From positions 32,001 to 96,000 of the forward strand of contig CBDUPA010000006.1 of NCBI GenBank assembly GCA_965368975.1: a DNA stretch of 64,000 nucleotides, read 5' to 3'. Position numbers and translations under genes: made by a program. The number at the start of each line of letters is the position of its first letter. The stretch's first letter is position 1. The stretch comes from an uncultured bacterium. GTDB taxonomy: Bacteria > Acidobacteriota > Thermoanaerobaculia > Multivoradales > JAHZIX01. The notes under the pieces are model-generated. The model was not told the DNA's origin, did not search any database, and saw only the letters and a program-made list of their open reading frames with translations. Positions 1-19,563 of this stretch are shown piece by piece.

Positions 1-3000
1 GCCAGGTCAAGGTACGGGGCGTACGCGTCGAGTTGGGGGAGATCGAGGCCGTGCTGGCGGCGTATCCGGTGGTGCGGCAGGTGGCCGTGGTACCAGTTGC
101 CGGAGCCGTGCCCCTGCGACTGGCCGCCTGTGTTGTACCCAGCACTGCGGGCAGCCAGTTCGACGACGAGCCCGCGGCGCGCCTGGAACTCTACGAGCAG
201 CAGGTCGACGACTGGACCGAGATGTTCGACGAGATCTACGACGATGGCCGCGAGGTGCGCGACCTGGGGCTCGACACGGTCGGCTGGAACAGCAATTACA
301 CCGGTGAGCCCCTGTCCGAAGCTGAGATGCGCGAGTGGCTGGATGACACCGTCGAGCGCATTCTCGGGCTGCGTCCGCGCGATGTGCTGGAGATCGGCGT
401 CGGTACCGGCATGGTGTTGCAGCGGGTGGCGCCGCACTGCCGCCGCTACCTGGGCACCGACGTCTCGACGCGGGCCCTCACCGATCTGCTGATGACCCTC
501 GGTACGGCGCCGGAGCCGCTGCCCGTCGAGTTGCTGCAGCGGCCGGCACACGTTTTCGAGGGTCTCGGGGCCGGCAGCTTGGATACCGTCCTCCTCAACT
601 CGGTGGTGCAGTACTTCCCGAGCGCCGAATACCTGGCCCAGGTGCTGGAGCGGGCGATCGACTGCCTGGCACCCGGTGGAGCCGTCTTCCTGGGCGACAT
701 CCGCAGCCTGCCCCTGCTCGCGCGCTTCCACCTGTCCGTCGAGTTATACCAGGCGCCGGACGCCTTGCCCGTGGAGCAACTGCGCCGCCGACTCACCGAG
801 CGCGGGCTGCAGGAAAACGAGCTAGCGGTCGCCCCGGCCTTCTTCCACGTCCTGGCGGCGCGACTGAACCGGGCCCATGCCGAGCGGCCCGGTCCTCGGA
901 AGCACGTGACGGTCGAGATCTACCCCAAGCACGGCCGCACGTGCAACGAGATGACCGCCTTCCGCTACCAGGTGGTGTTGCGCGTCGAGGTGTCCGGGCA
1001 CGAGGGTCCGGCGCAGCCGCCGTGCCAGCCTGATTGGCAGGCGGGTGCCGATCTCGACCGGGTGACGCTGCGCCAGCAGCTCGAAGCCAGCGCACGCGTG
1101 CCGCGAGACGTGGTGGCCTGGACGCGACTGCCCAACGCGCGCGTGCGGCGGGAAACGCTCGCCGCACGCTGGCTGCGGCGTGCCGCATCCAAGCAGACGG
1201 CTACCGTCGCCGACCTGCGGCGCCATCTCGACACCCTCGAAGCCGGCGGCGAGATGGCTGGCTTCGAGCCGGACGAGTTGGTCGAGCTGGGACGGGAGCT
1301 AGGCTTCCACGTGCACGTTGGCTGGAGTCACCACGATGCGGAGGGTCATCTGGATGTGATCTTCCAGCGCCGCACGCCGGGCGAGAGCGCGGAGGTAGTC
1401 GAGCAGTGGCAGCGCGCGGCGGCACGCCTGTCCGTCGAGCACACAGTCCCTCGCGACAGGTTGGCCAACGATCCGATCGCTGGTCAGCAGGCACGCGAGC
1501 TGGTACCCGAGCTGCGCAACTGGTTGGGTCACAAGCTGCCGGACGCCTGGATTCCGTCGGCATTCCGGCTGTTCGAAGCCCTGCCGGTGACCGCCAATGG
1601 CAAGCTAGACCGCACCGTTCTGCAGCGCAGCGTCTCGGAAGGAGGGGCCATTTGCGCAGCCGAGCGCACGGGTGGTGCCCCGGAGACCGTGGTCGAGGTG
1701 GCACTGGCGGAGATCTGGTGCCAGCTGCTGGGCGTCGAGCAGGTCTCGTTGCAGGACAGCTTCTTCCAGCTCGGCGGCCATTCACTGCTCGCCACGCAGC
1801 TCACCTTCCGGCTGCGCGAACGCCTCGGCGTCGAGCTACCGCTGCGCGCCGTGTTCGAGGCACCGACGCTGGGGCAGCTGGCCGAGCGTCTCCAGCAAGT
1901 CCTGCAGTCGCAGGCAGGCTCGGAAGGCGCGGTCGAGATACTACCGGCCTCGAAGGAATTGGACGCCCATGTCGCGCCGCTGTCCTTCGCCCAGCAGCGC
2001 TTGTGGTTCCTCGATCGCCTGGTTCCGGACAGCGCGTCCTACAACATCTTCGGTCCGGTGGCGCTGCGCGGACCGCTCGATGTACAGCGGCTGCAGCGTG
2101 CCTTGCGGCGTATCGTCGAACGCCACGCCACCTTGCGCACGACCTTCCCGGAGCGGTTGCGCTCCGAAGCGGGCGAGCCGTTGCAGCAGGTCGCTGCCCG
2201 CGCGTCCGTCGCTCGGACCTGTGTCAACTTGCCTTGTGTCGATCTGCGGTCCTTGGCACCTGGTGCTCGGGACGCCGAGTTGCAAGCTCGCGTCAGCGCC
2301 GAGCGTCACCGGTCCTTCGATTTGGGGCACGGCCCGATGCTGCGTTTGTGTCTACTGCGGCTGGAGGTCGAGCACCATGTGCTGCTGCTCAACATCCACC
2401 ACATCGCCGCCGATGGCTGGTCGTTGATGATCTTCTTCCGCGAGCTGGGCGCCTTCTACGGCGAGCTGGCTCACAACGCTCGGCCCGATACTCTGACTCC
2501 CGAGCTGCCGGTGCAGTACACGGACTTCGCGCGCTGGCAGCGGGCGCGCCTGACCGGCGCTCTTCGTCAGGCGGAACTCGATTTCTGGCGCCGCCAGCTG
2601 GCCGGTGCGCCGCCCGTGTTGCCGCTGCCGCTCGACCGGCCGCGGCCCTCCACGCCGAGCTTGCGCGGTGGCTTGGTCGAACGCCGTCTGCACGTGGGGA
2701 CGGCGCTGGCGCAGCGCTGCCGGCAGCTCGACGCGACACCGTCGATGCTGCTGCTCGCCGTCTTTGCCGCCCTCTTGCAGCGTTACGGCGCCGGTGCTGA
2801 CCTGCCGATCGGCAGCGCCGTTGCGGGCCGCGATCGCCTGGAGGTCGAGCACCTGATCGGCTTCTTCGTCAATGTGCTGGTGTTGCGTCTCCAGCCGTCA
2901 CGGCGGGCGTCGTTTGCCCGCCTGGTGGCGCAGGCACGGCGAGTGTCGGTCGAGGGTTACGCGCACCAGGAGTTGCCGTTCGAGATGCTGGTGGAGGAGC

Positions 3001-6000
3001 TGAGCGCGGAAGACGGAATGGAGCGCAGCCTGGGGCGCAATCCGCTGTGCCAGGTAATGTTCGACTACCTGGACTTCCCGCAGATGCCGTCGACGACGTT
3101 GACGGCCGAGAGGGAAGGAGCCTCGGCGCTGCGGCTCGAAGCGGTGCCAGGCAAGGCGGACACCGGAACCGCCAAGTTCGACCTGACGCTGCTGCTGGCG
3201 CGCCTTCCCACACCCGATGGCGATGCCGACGCCGCGCCCACACAGGAACTGACCGCCAGCCTGGAATTCAATCTCGACCTCTTCGACGCCACCACCGGCG
3301 AGCGTCTGCTGCGTCACTTCGAGCGCCTGCTCCTCGGTGCCCTCGCCGACCCGGATCTGCCGCTCGCCGAGCTGCCGCTGCTCAGCAGCGGCGAGCGTGA
3401 ACAGCTGCTGCGCCAGTGGCTGGACGTTCCTGCTCCGCGCGCTCACGCTCTCGACGGCCTGTCACTGCCGGCGGCGGTGCACCGTCGTGGGCAGGAGTCA
3501 CCGGAGCGCATCGCGGTCGTCGATGCGGTCGTCGGTGGTGGAAGCTCCGTCGACCGACACCTCAGCTATGGCGAGTTGAGCCGCCGTGCGGTGGGTCTGG
3601 TGCACGAGCTGCGCTCGAAGCTCGGGGCGGTCCCGGAACCCGTGGTCGGGCTCCTGGCCGGAGCCAGTTCTGACCTGGTGATCGGTGCCCTAGCCTCCTG
3701 GTGGGCGGGGGCCGCCTACCTGCCCCTGGACCCACAGGTGCCGCTGCCTCGATTGGAACTGGCGGCACGCAGCGTGGCGGTCGTGGTACCGAGCGCGCCG
3801 CACCTGGAGCCCGCACGGGCCTTGGTCCGTGCGCTGGGTTGCGAGCTCGTGGACGTGTCCCGAGGGCCCGATGGAAGGATGCCGGAACGGGGAAGCCGGG
3901 TCGACGTAGCGCACTCCCCGGAAGCAGAACTGGCCTACATCGTCACCACCTCCGGCTCTACCGGCATCCCCAAGGCCGTCGCCATTCCGCATGGGGCTCT
4001 GCGTCAAAGAATCGCCTGGCACCTCGACGCCTACGCCGTGACGTCCGCCGACCGCACCGTCGCCCTCTCGGCCCCCTCCTTCGATGCGTCTGTCTGGGAC
4101 CTGTGGCCATCGCTGAGCGCGGGCGCCTGCCTCTGCTTCGCGCCCCGCGAGATCGCGGCCGATCCGGGCCGCCTGGTGCCGTGGCTGCAGGCACGGCGCA
4201 TCGATCTCGGCTTCCTGTCGACAGCGGTGGCGGAAGCCGTCGTTGGCGAGTCGCACCTTCTGCGGGATCCTTTGCCGCTACGGGCCCTGCTCACCGGCGG
4301 GGATCGCCTGCACCGGGGCGCCCTGCAACACGTGTCGAGGCTACACAAGACCTCGCTGGTCAATCACTATGGCCCGTCCGAAGCGACCATCCTGGTGACC
4401 GCTGGCAGCGTGTCCGAGACTGCGGCGACCGAGCCTTGGGACCCGCCGCTCGGCCGCCCGCTGCCTGACGTGAGTCTGCGGATACTCGATGCCACCGAGG
4501 CCCCGTGCCCAGGGGACTTGGTACCTATCGGTGTCCCCGGCGAGTTGTGGATCGGCGGCGGGCGAGACGGTCTGGCCCGCGGCTATCTGCAGGATCCGCG
4601 GCGCACCGCCGAGAGCTTCTTGCCCGACGGTCTGAGTCGCGCACCCGGTGCACGCCTGTACCGCAGCGGCGACCTGGTGCGCTGGCGGCGCGGCGGTCAG
4701 CTCGATTTCCTCGGTCGCACCGACTTCCAGGTGCAGCTCCAGGGTGTGCGCACCGAGCCCGCCGAAGTCGAGACGGCGCTGGTGCAGCACCCAGCGGTAC
4801 GCGCCGCTGCGGTGGTCGCGGTAGTACCGCGAGCCGGTTCGGACCGCAGCGTGACGACCCACGGCGTGAGCCTGGCCGCCTTTGTCACCGTCGAGCCAAC
4901 GACACCGGACGAACCGGCCTCTTCCCGATCTGCCGATACGCAATCTTTGGATCTGCGTTCCTGGCTGGTTGGGCGTCTGCCGCGCGCCATGGTGCCGGCA
5001 CGCGTCGAGGTGCTGGACGCACTGCCCGTCACCCGGCACGGCAAGATCGACCGTGCGGCTTTGTCCGAACGGGTGGACCAAGGGTCGACCGTCGAGCACC
5101 GTCCGCCGATCTCGACCACCGAAAGGCAGCTGGCCGAGTTGTGGCGAGAGCTGCTCGAGGCTCAGGTCCCGGGGCTGGACGACGACTTCTTCCAGCTCGG
5201 CGGTCATTCCCTGCTCGCTACGCGCCTCACCTCGCGCTTGCGCGAAGGGATGCAGCTCGAGGTACCTCTGCAGGCCCTCTTCGAATACCCGACCCTGGGT
5301 GCGCTGGCCGCTCACCTCGACCAGGTGCGCCGCGACCAGACGAGGGACGACGTGGCTGTACCGCCGCTCATCCCGCTGCCGCGCGATGTCGCAGGCTTGC
5401 CCGTCGAACCGCCACCGCTCTCCTACGCCCAACGTCGTCTGTGGTTCCTCTCCTTGCTGCCCGGCTTTTCCGCGGCCTACCACGTCGGCTTGCCCAGCCG
5501 TCTCGAGGGTTCGCTACACGTCGCTGCTCTGAGCCGTGCCCTGAGCGCCATCGTCGCGCGCCACGAGGTGCTACGCACCAGCTTCCGGCGGCACGACGAC
5601 GTCAACGACGGGGAGCCCTACCAGCACATCACGGTGCCGGGTCGCTGGTCGCTGCCGGTCGTTGATCTGCGGGGGCTGAACCTTGCCGATACCAGTGCTA
5701 CCGATGCCAGTGCTACCGAGACCAGTGCTACCGATGCCATCGCGTCGAGTCTGGCGGCGCGCGAGGCACACCTTGCCTTCGACCTCGAACACGGCCCGCT
5801 GCTGCGCTGTGTGCTGGTGCGTCAGAGCGCCGAGCGTCACCTGCTGCTACTCACCCTGCACCACGTGATCGCCGACGGCTGGTCGCTGTCGGTGCTGCGG
5901 CGCGAGCTGGAGACCCTGTACTCGGCCCAGTACTCGACCCTGTGCACGGCGGACCTCGCCGAACCCGCGTCGCTGCCTCCGGTATCCGAACTCCTGGACC

Positions 6001-8833
6001 GTCTGCCCCCCTTGCCCGTGCACTACGCGGACTACGCCGTCTGGCAGCGCGGCTTCCTCGAAGGCACGGACGTGAGCACCGGTGCGATCTCGCGGCAGCT
6101 CGACTACTGGCGCCAGCAACTCGACGGCGCCTCCGAGCTGGAATTGCCCACGGACCGTCCCCGCGCCGCCTCAGCGGGACGTCGCGGCGGGATCGTGCCA
6201 CTGCGACTGCCAGCGTCGGTAACCTCGGCGCTGGGGCAGCTGGGAGCGGACACTGGCGCCACCCGCTTCATGGTCTTGCTACCCTTGATCGCCGCCTTCC
6301 TGGGGCGCCTGAACGGGGCACTGGCGGGTACGCCGATAGACATCTCAGAAGGTCGGCACGACGTCGTTCTCGGTTCGCCGGTCGCGGGTCGAGGTCGCCG
6401 GGAGATCGAGGATCTGATCGGCTTCTTCGTCAACACTTTGCCCCTGCGCTGCCGCATGGGGACACCCTCGGAGACCACCAGCCGGCAGCTGATCGTCCAG
6501 TCTCGCCAGACCGTCCTGGAAGCCTTTGCGCACCAGGAGCTGCCGTTCGAGAAGCTGGTCGACGAACTGCAGCTGGTCCGCGATCCACGGCGCAATCCAC
6601 TGTTCCAGGTGATCTTCGCGCTCCAGCAGGCCGAGCAGATGCAAGCGCCACGGCTAGAGGGGATCGACAGCCAGCCGATCGGCCTCGGCGAGGCTACTAC
6701 CCGCTTCGACCTGGAGCTCTACCTCACCGAGGTGGAGACAGTGCTGGCCGGTGCCCTGGTCTACAGCCGCGACCTCTTCGACGCAACGACCGCGCTGCGC
6801 TGGGCCGGTCAGCTGCAGACCCTGCTGAGCTACGCCGCTGCCGCGCCGGACGCGCCGCTAGCGTCGCTGCCGACGATGACGCCGGCGCAGCAGCAGCAGG
6901 TGACCTGGGAGTGGGCGGACGCCGGCCAATCTCTGCAGCGTGAGAGCGAGTTCCCGGACCACCTCGACCGCATCGCCGTCGTCCATGGCGACCAACGCCT
7001 CAGCTACCGTGAACTGCACCGCCGCGCCGCGCTCGTGGCTCGCCACCTGCAATCGAGCGCTGTCGGTATCGGCCCGGAGCAGGTCGTCGGCGTTTGCATG
7101 CCGCGCACGCCAGACCTGGTGGTGGCGATCCTCGGCGTGCTGGCCAGCGGTGCCGCCTACCTGCCGCTGGACCCGGCCTATCCCGAGGAGCGGCTGCGCT
7201 TCATGCAGCAAGACGCTGCCACGCAGCTGGTGCTCCATTCTCTGCAGGATGTCGACTTCGGGGCGGATGTCGCCTTCGAGGCTGAGTGCGCGCCGGGGGC
7301 CCGCGACTTCGAGCCGTGGAATGTGGCCGACCCCGACCACCCCGCGTACGTCATCTATACCTCGGGCTCCACCGGCCGGCCCAAAGGCGTCGTTATCCCG
7401 CGTTCTGCAACGGCTGCGTTGCTGGCGTGGACCCGCACGGCCTTCCCGTCAGAGCACCTGCGCGGCATGCTGGCGCTCACCTCCGTCAGCTTCGACATCT
7501 CCGTCATCGAGCTGCTGGCCCCGCTGAGCGCTGGTGGCACCGTGCTCTTGGTCGACAACGCGCTGCAGCGCGCGGCCCTGCGGGCGCCCGAGGAAGTGAC
7601 GCTGGCCATCGTGGTGCCTTCGGTGATGAACGAATGGTTGACGGTCGGCGAGCTGCCGCCAGCCTTGCGCACGCTGGCGCTGGGGGGCGAGGCGCTGCCG
7701 GCGGCGCTGGTCGAACGGGTGCGCTCGCGCACGGATGCCGAGCTGTGGAATCTCTACGGACCGACCGAGGACACCACCTGCTCGACGGCGGTGCGCTTAC
7801 CTGCAAAGCCATCAGCCCGCGCACCATCGATCGGCCGCCCACTCGCCGGTGGTGGCGGAGACGTACGCCTGCTCGACGGTCGTCTACGGCCGGTGGCTGC
7901 GGGCGAGGTCGGAGAAGTCTGCCTGGGCGGGGCCGGCATTGCGCGCGGCTACCTGGGTCGCCCCGCTCTCACCGCTGAGCGCTTCGTGCCGGATCCGTTC
8001 CGTGCTCTCTTGGAGAGCAGGGCGCACGGGCGCCTCTACCGTACCGGTGACCTCGGTCGCTGGCGCGCCGACGGTGGAGTCGAGTTCCTCGGTCGCCGTG
8101 ATCACCAGGTCAAGCTGCGCGGCTTCCGCATCGAACTCGGTGAGATCGAGGCCGCCCTGCTCGAACACCCCGACGTGCTCGAGGCGGCAGCCCTGGTCGT
8201 CACGACCGGATCGGTGGCACGGCTGCTCGCCTGGGTGACGCCAGAGCCGTCCGTCGACAAGTTGGCCGTCGACAAGTTGTCCGTCGATCAGCTAGCCGCC
8301 GACAAGCTGTCCGCCGTGCACGACGAACTACGTCGACGCCTGCCCGCGCACCTGGTGCCAGAGCAGGTCGAAGCCCTACCTGCCTTGCCACGCACCGCCA
8401 GCGGCAAGCTCGACCGCCGTACCCTGGCGCTGCGAGCCGCCCAGCGCGCGCCGAGTCCGGAGACGCTGCGTGCCGGAGGCACCGCCAGCGACGACTTGGA
8501 GCGGCGCCTGGCCAGCGTCTGGGCCGACGTGCTCGAACTCGACGCCGCGGCCCTGGGCGTCGACGCCAACTTCTTCGAATTAGGTGGCAACTCCTTCCAG
8601 ATGGTGCGTCTGCAGGCACGCCTCCAGCAAGAGCTGAGCGTCGAAGTCGCGACGCTGCCGACGGGTGAACTGAGCCTGGTCGACCTGTTCCAGGCGCCGA
8701 CCATCCGCAGCCTGGCGGCGCGCCTGCGAGCGCCAGACTCGGGCAAGGCGGTGGAGAAGGGCGAGCGCCTGGCCGATCAGCGCAAACAAGCCCACGGCCG
8801 CCTGGCGCGCCTGTCGCAACGGAGGCGTGGCTC

Positions 8834-8837
<4 letters not shown>
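1..8837 (+). CDS. Multimodular NRPS, 5'-truncated: (A-Cterm)-N-MT-PCP-C-A-PCP-C-A-PCP
   Basis: Frame is open from base 3 (QVKVRGVRVELGEIE, A8 motif). MT motifs VLEIGVGTG and LNSVVQYFP; PCP motifs GGHS, GGHS, GGNS; C motifs HHIAADG and HHVIADG; A motifs TSGSTGxPK, YGP(S/T)E, LYR(S/T)GD. Confidence 0.97.
5686..5739 (+). repeat. In-frame 15-bp tandem repeat, about 3.6 copies (DTSAT/DASAT/ETSAT), in an NRPS C domain
   Basis: ccgataccagtgcta ccgatgccagtgcta ccgagaccagtgcta ccgatgcca. Confidence 0.92.
8251..8316 (+). repeat. In-frame 15-bp tandem repeat, about 4.4 copies (VDKLA/VDKLS/VDQLA/ADKLS), in an A subdomain
   Basis: ccgtcgacaagttgg ccgtcgacaagttgt ccgtcgatcagctag ccgccgacaagctgt. Confidence 0.92.
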
Positions 8838-16279
<7,442 letters not shown>

Positions 16280-16323
16280 CTTTCCTGCTGGAACCCTGAA
16301 TATCCGCTACAATCGGTCGCGCT

Positions 16324-17376
16324 ATGGCCTGGTTGTTCAAGCGGAAATTCCGCCTCACATCCCTGGCCACCTCCGGCGGCTGAGCGGCTAAGGTAGGTCC
16401 GGGGGACCTGTCGGAGATGGTACAGAAACTTGGCGTCATTCTTGGGGAGAACGAGCGAGTACTCGTGGGGCCCGAGACGGCGGACGATGCTGGTGTGTAC
16501 CTGCACAATGGCACGGCGCTGGTGGCGACGGCGGACTTCATCACTCCGGTGTGCGACGACCCGAGGCGCTATGGACGGGTGGCGGCGGCGAATGCGCTGT
16601 CGGATGTGTACGCGATGGGTGGGGAAGTGCTGTTCGCCCTCAACCTGTGTTGCTTCCCCGAGGTTCGCGTGCCGGAAGGCACCTTCACTGAGATCCTGGA
16701 AGGCGCGGCCGAGAAGATCAAGGAGGCCGGCGGCGCGCTGCTCGGTGGGCATTCGGTACGCGACCAGGAGCTCAAGTTCGGCCTGTCGGTGGTGGGCCAT
16801 ACGGACCCGGAACGCATGCTGACCAACGCGGGTGCGCAGCCGGGAGACCGTTTGCTACTCACCAAGCCGCTGGGCACAGGGGTGCTGATCAACGCCTACA
16901 AGTTCGACAAGCTGGACGCTGAAGGCCTGGAGCCGGCGCTGCGCTGGATGGAGACGCTGAACGCGGTCGCGTCGCGTCTGGCGCTGCAGCACGGGGCGCA
17001 CGGGGCGACCGACGTCACCGGTTTCGGCCTGGCCGGGCATGGCCTGGAGATGGCGCAGGCGTCCGGTACGACGCTGTGCGTGCGCTTTGCCGACGTGCCG
17101 TTCTACGAGGCCTTCTACGACCTGGTGAAGCGCGGCATCTCGACCGGCTGCACGGAGGCCAACGAGGCCAACGTCAGCGCTTTCTTCGACGACCAGGCAG
17201 GGCTGAGCAAGGCGCAACGAGAGTTGCTGGTCGACCCGCAGACATCCGGCGGTCTGCTGTTGGCGGTGCCCGCCGAAACGTCCGCGGCGTTGCTCGATGC
17301 GCTGTGCTCCGAGGGGCTACCCGCCGCTGACATCGGCGAGGTCGTCGACGGGCCGCCCCGGTTCACGGTGCTCTAG
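16324..17376 (+). CDS. selD: Selenide, water dikinase (selenophosphate synthetase); selenoprotein with Sec at the UGA 16381-16383
   Basis: ATG 16324 gives MAWLFKRKFRLTSLATSGG-U-AAKVGPGDLSEM, in frame with ORF 16417. SelD motifs DDAGV, TADF, AANALSDVYAMGG, GGHS, LTKPLGTG, ATDVTGFGLAGH, DPQTSGGLL. Confidence 0.96.
16395..16409 (+). promoter_or_regulatory. Bacterial SECIS-like hairpin downstream of the Sec UGA
   Basis: aggtcc-ggg-ggacct stem with a G-rich apical loop starting 17 nt after the UGA. Confidence 0.7.
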
Positions 17377-17395
17377 TCTCAAGAAGAACGCGGGC

Positions 17396-18502
17396 TCAGG
17401 AAGAGCGCCGGTAGGCCATCGCCTCGGCGACGCGCTGCTTGGCCAGGGCCATCGCGGCTTCGTACGGCATCTGCTTGTGGCTGCGCGCCAGCTCCAGCAC
17501 CTCGCGCGTGTTCTCGCTGATCTTCTCTTCGATCGTCTCGAAGGCGCGACGCTGCGTGCCGCCGTGGAACTCGACGGAAGCGCAGATGACGCCGCCGGCG
17601 TTGGCCACGATGTCGGGTACGGACAGGATGCCGCGGCCGTGGACGATGCGCTCGGCCTTGGAAGTGACGGGGATGTTGGCGCCCTGCAGGATCATCTTGC
17701 ACTGCAAGTGGGCGACATTGGTTTCGTCAATCACGTCGGGTCGAGCGGCAGGTACCAGGATGTCGCACGGAATGCTGATGAAGGCGCCCCGGTCGAATTT
17801 TTCGGGAGCGTCGTAGTCGGTGACGCGGCCGGTCTCGGCCTTGATCTCGATCAGCTTGTCAATGTCGATACCGTTTGGATCGTGGATCGTGCCGTCGAGG
17901 TCGCTGGCGGCCACCAGCACGGCACCGCGTTGGGCCAGGTAGCGGGCGGCGTGCGAGCCGACGTTGCCGAAGCCCTGGATCACGACGCGTGCACCCTCCA
18001 TCTCGAAGTCGCAGTATTCCTGCGCCACTTCGGCGCAGATCGCCAGACCGTAGCCGGTAGCGCCGATCTGGTCGAGCGGAATCCCTCCCAGCACTTTGGA
18101 GAGGCCGACCGAGCGACCGATCTCGTCGCGGATCCAGCCCATGGCGACTTCGTCTGTTCCCATGTCGGGTCCCGGGATGTAGCCGGTCAGGTTCTTGATC
18201 GCGCGCGCGAACTGGCGGATCAGGGTTTCTTTGTTGGGCACGTCCGGTGCCGCCAGGATGCCCGACTTGCCGCCGCCGTGTGGCAGGCCGGCGAGAGCGT
18301 TCTTCCAGGTCATGGCACGGGCGAGTCGGAAGACCTCGTTGGTGGTGACGTCCGGGGCCATGCGGATGCCGCCGATACCCGGGCCAGCGGCGGTGTTGTC
18401 GACCACGACGATGCCTCGGAGGCCGCAGCGTGGCTCATAGATGTAAACGACTTTTTCGGGGCCGTATTCGTCAGCGAAGGCCTCGAATACCATCTCGCTC
18501 AT
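17396..18502 (-). CDS. Glu/Leu/Phe/Val dehydrogenase family protein
   Basis: GGIRM, AMTWKNALAGLPHGGGKS, GPDMGT, ATGYG, GFGNVG, PDIVANAGGV. Start moved to MSEMV, which has a GGAG RBS. Confidence 0.93.
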   Translation of the reverse strand: MSEMVFEAFADEYGPEKVVYIYEPRCGLRGIVVVDNTAAGPGIGGIRMAPDVTTNEVFRLARAMTWKNALAGLPHGGGKSGILAAPDVPNKETLIRQFARAIKNLTGYIPGPDMGTDEVAMGWIRDEIGRSVGLSKVLGGIPLDQIGATGYGLAICAEVAQEYCDFEMEGARVVIQGFGNVGSHAARYLAQRGAVLVAASDLDGTIHDPNGIDIDKLIEIKAETGRVTDYDAPEKFDRGAFISIPCDILVPAARPDVIDETNVAHLQCKMILQGANIPVTSKAERIVHGRGILSVPDIVANAGGVICASVEFHGGTQRRAFETIEEKISENTREVLELARSHKQMPYEAAMALAKQRVAEAMAYRRSS

Positions 18503-18729
18503 CAGTTGCTCCAGTTCGATAGCAGGTCGGCAAGAAAGTCCGTGGGTGTCGAGGAGGCAGGAGAAACCAAGGTAAACCTCTACTTGCAAAGTATATCCAA
18601 GATCCTTGCCTCAACGGTGCGGTGGGTTCATTCGTTAAAGGGAGTGACCGTAACGGTGCTCGAGGATCGCGACCCTCTTCCTTCCTTCCGACAACCTCCC
18701 GAGACGAACTCTCGAGCAAGGAGAGAACT

Positions 18730-19563
18730 ATGAGACTCACTCTGTCTTCCGTGACGACGGTCGCTTCCCATTTCCTGGTGGCTGCGCTTCTCGTGTCGAC
18801 GGCGATGCCCGTGCACGCTACCGACGAGGTGAACCAGCTGCACCGCCTCGACCACCTCGACGAAAGCTCCGCTGAAGCCCTGGTGCTGGACTTCTGTGAT
18901 GGCTTGCCCATGGGTGTCGTCTGCAACATCCGCGAGACGACTCCCAGCCAGATCTTGGTAACCGCCAAGCCAGAGCAGCAGGCGCGCATTCGCCGCCTGC
19001 TCGGAGAGCACGACATCGTGCGCACTCGCACGTTCCAGGTCGTGGTGGTGCGCGCTTCGGCTGCCAGCGGCGAAGGAATCGCTGCGGACGTACCCGCCAA
19101 TGTGCACGCTGCTCTGCAGGGCCTGACCGAGCTGCTGCCGTTCGGTGGCTTCGAGCTGGTCGATGCCGGTGTGCTCAACACGACCCACGAGGGAACGATC
19201 CGGCTGGCGGGCTCGGACGGTGAGACCTACCGTGCGTCTCTGAACTTTCACAACCATGGTGAGCAGGTCCTGGTCCGCGAGTTTCAGATGAGCGCCTATT
19301 TCCAAGACCGACCTTCCGCGAGCGCGCCTTCCGCGGCGGCGAACTACTCGCTGGCTGGTGCGAATGGTGCGACGACGGCGTCCACCAATTCGAGCGACAC
19401 CTCGCGATCTTCGCAGCGGGTCCGGCAACGGGTTGTTTCGACCAATCTGGGCCTGCAGCTGGGACAGACGATGGTCGTGGGTACCGCCAAGCTGGGTAGT
19501 GCAGACGAGCCGCTGGTGGTCTTGCTCACGGCTCTGCCGGAAGTTCCTTCAGGGACTCGGTAG
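18730..19563 (+). CDS. Secreted hypothetical protein
   Basis: AGGAG RBS; signal peptide MRLTLSS...PVHA; GC-rich codon usage. Confidence 0.7.
   Translation: MRLTLSSVTTVASHFLVAALLVSTAMPVHATDEVNQLHRLDHLDESSAEALVLDFCDGLPMGVVCNIRETTPSQILVTAKPEQQARIRRLLGEHDIVRTRTFQVVVVRASAASGEGIAADVPANVHAALQGLTELLPFGGFELVDAGVLNTTHEGTIRLAGSDGETYRASLNFHNHGEQVLVREFQMSAYFQDRPSASAPSAAANYSLAGANGATTASTNSSDTSRSSQRVRQRVVSTNLGLQLGQTMVVGTAKLGSADEPLVVLLTALPEVPSGTR

Noticed and set aside
1034-2800. Long alternative-frame and antisense ORFs (e.g. 1034-2800, 17297-18733, 24013-25371, 46425-48206, 53478-54878)
   Set aside because: They are shadow ORFs expected in high-GC DNA, overlap well-supported genes and carry no recognisable motifs.
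16381-16383. selD as a nonsense pseudogene
   Set aside because: The TGA sits exactly at the catalytic Cys/Sec position, is followed by a SECIS-like hairpin, and the rest of the gene is intact.
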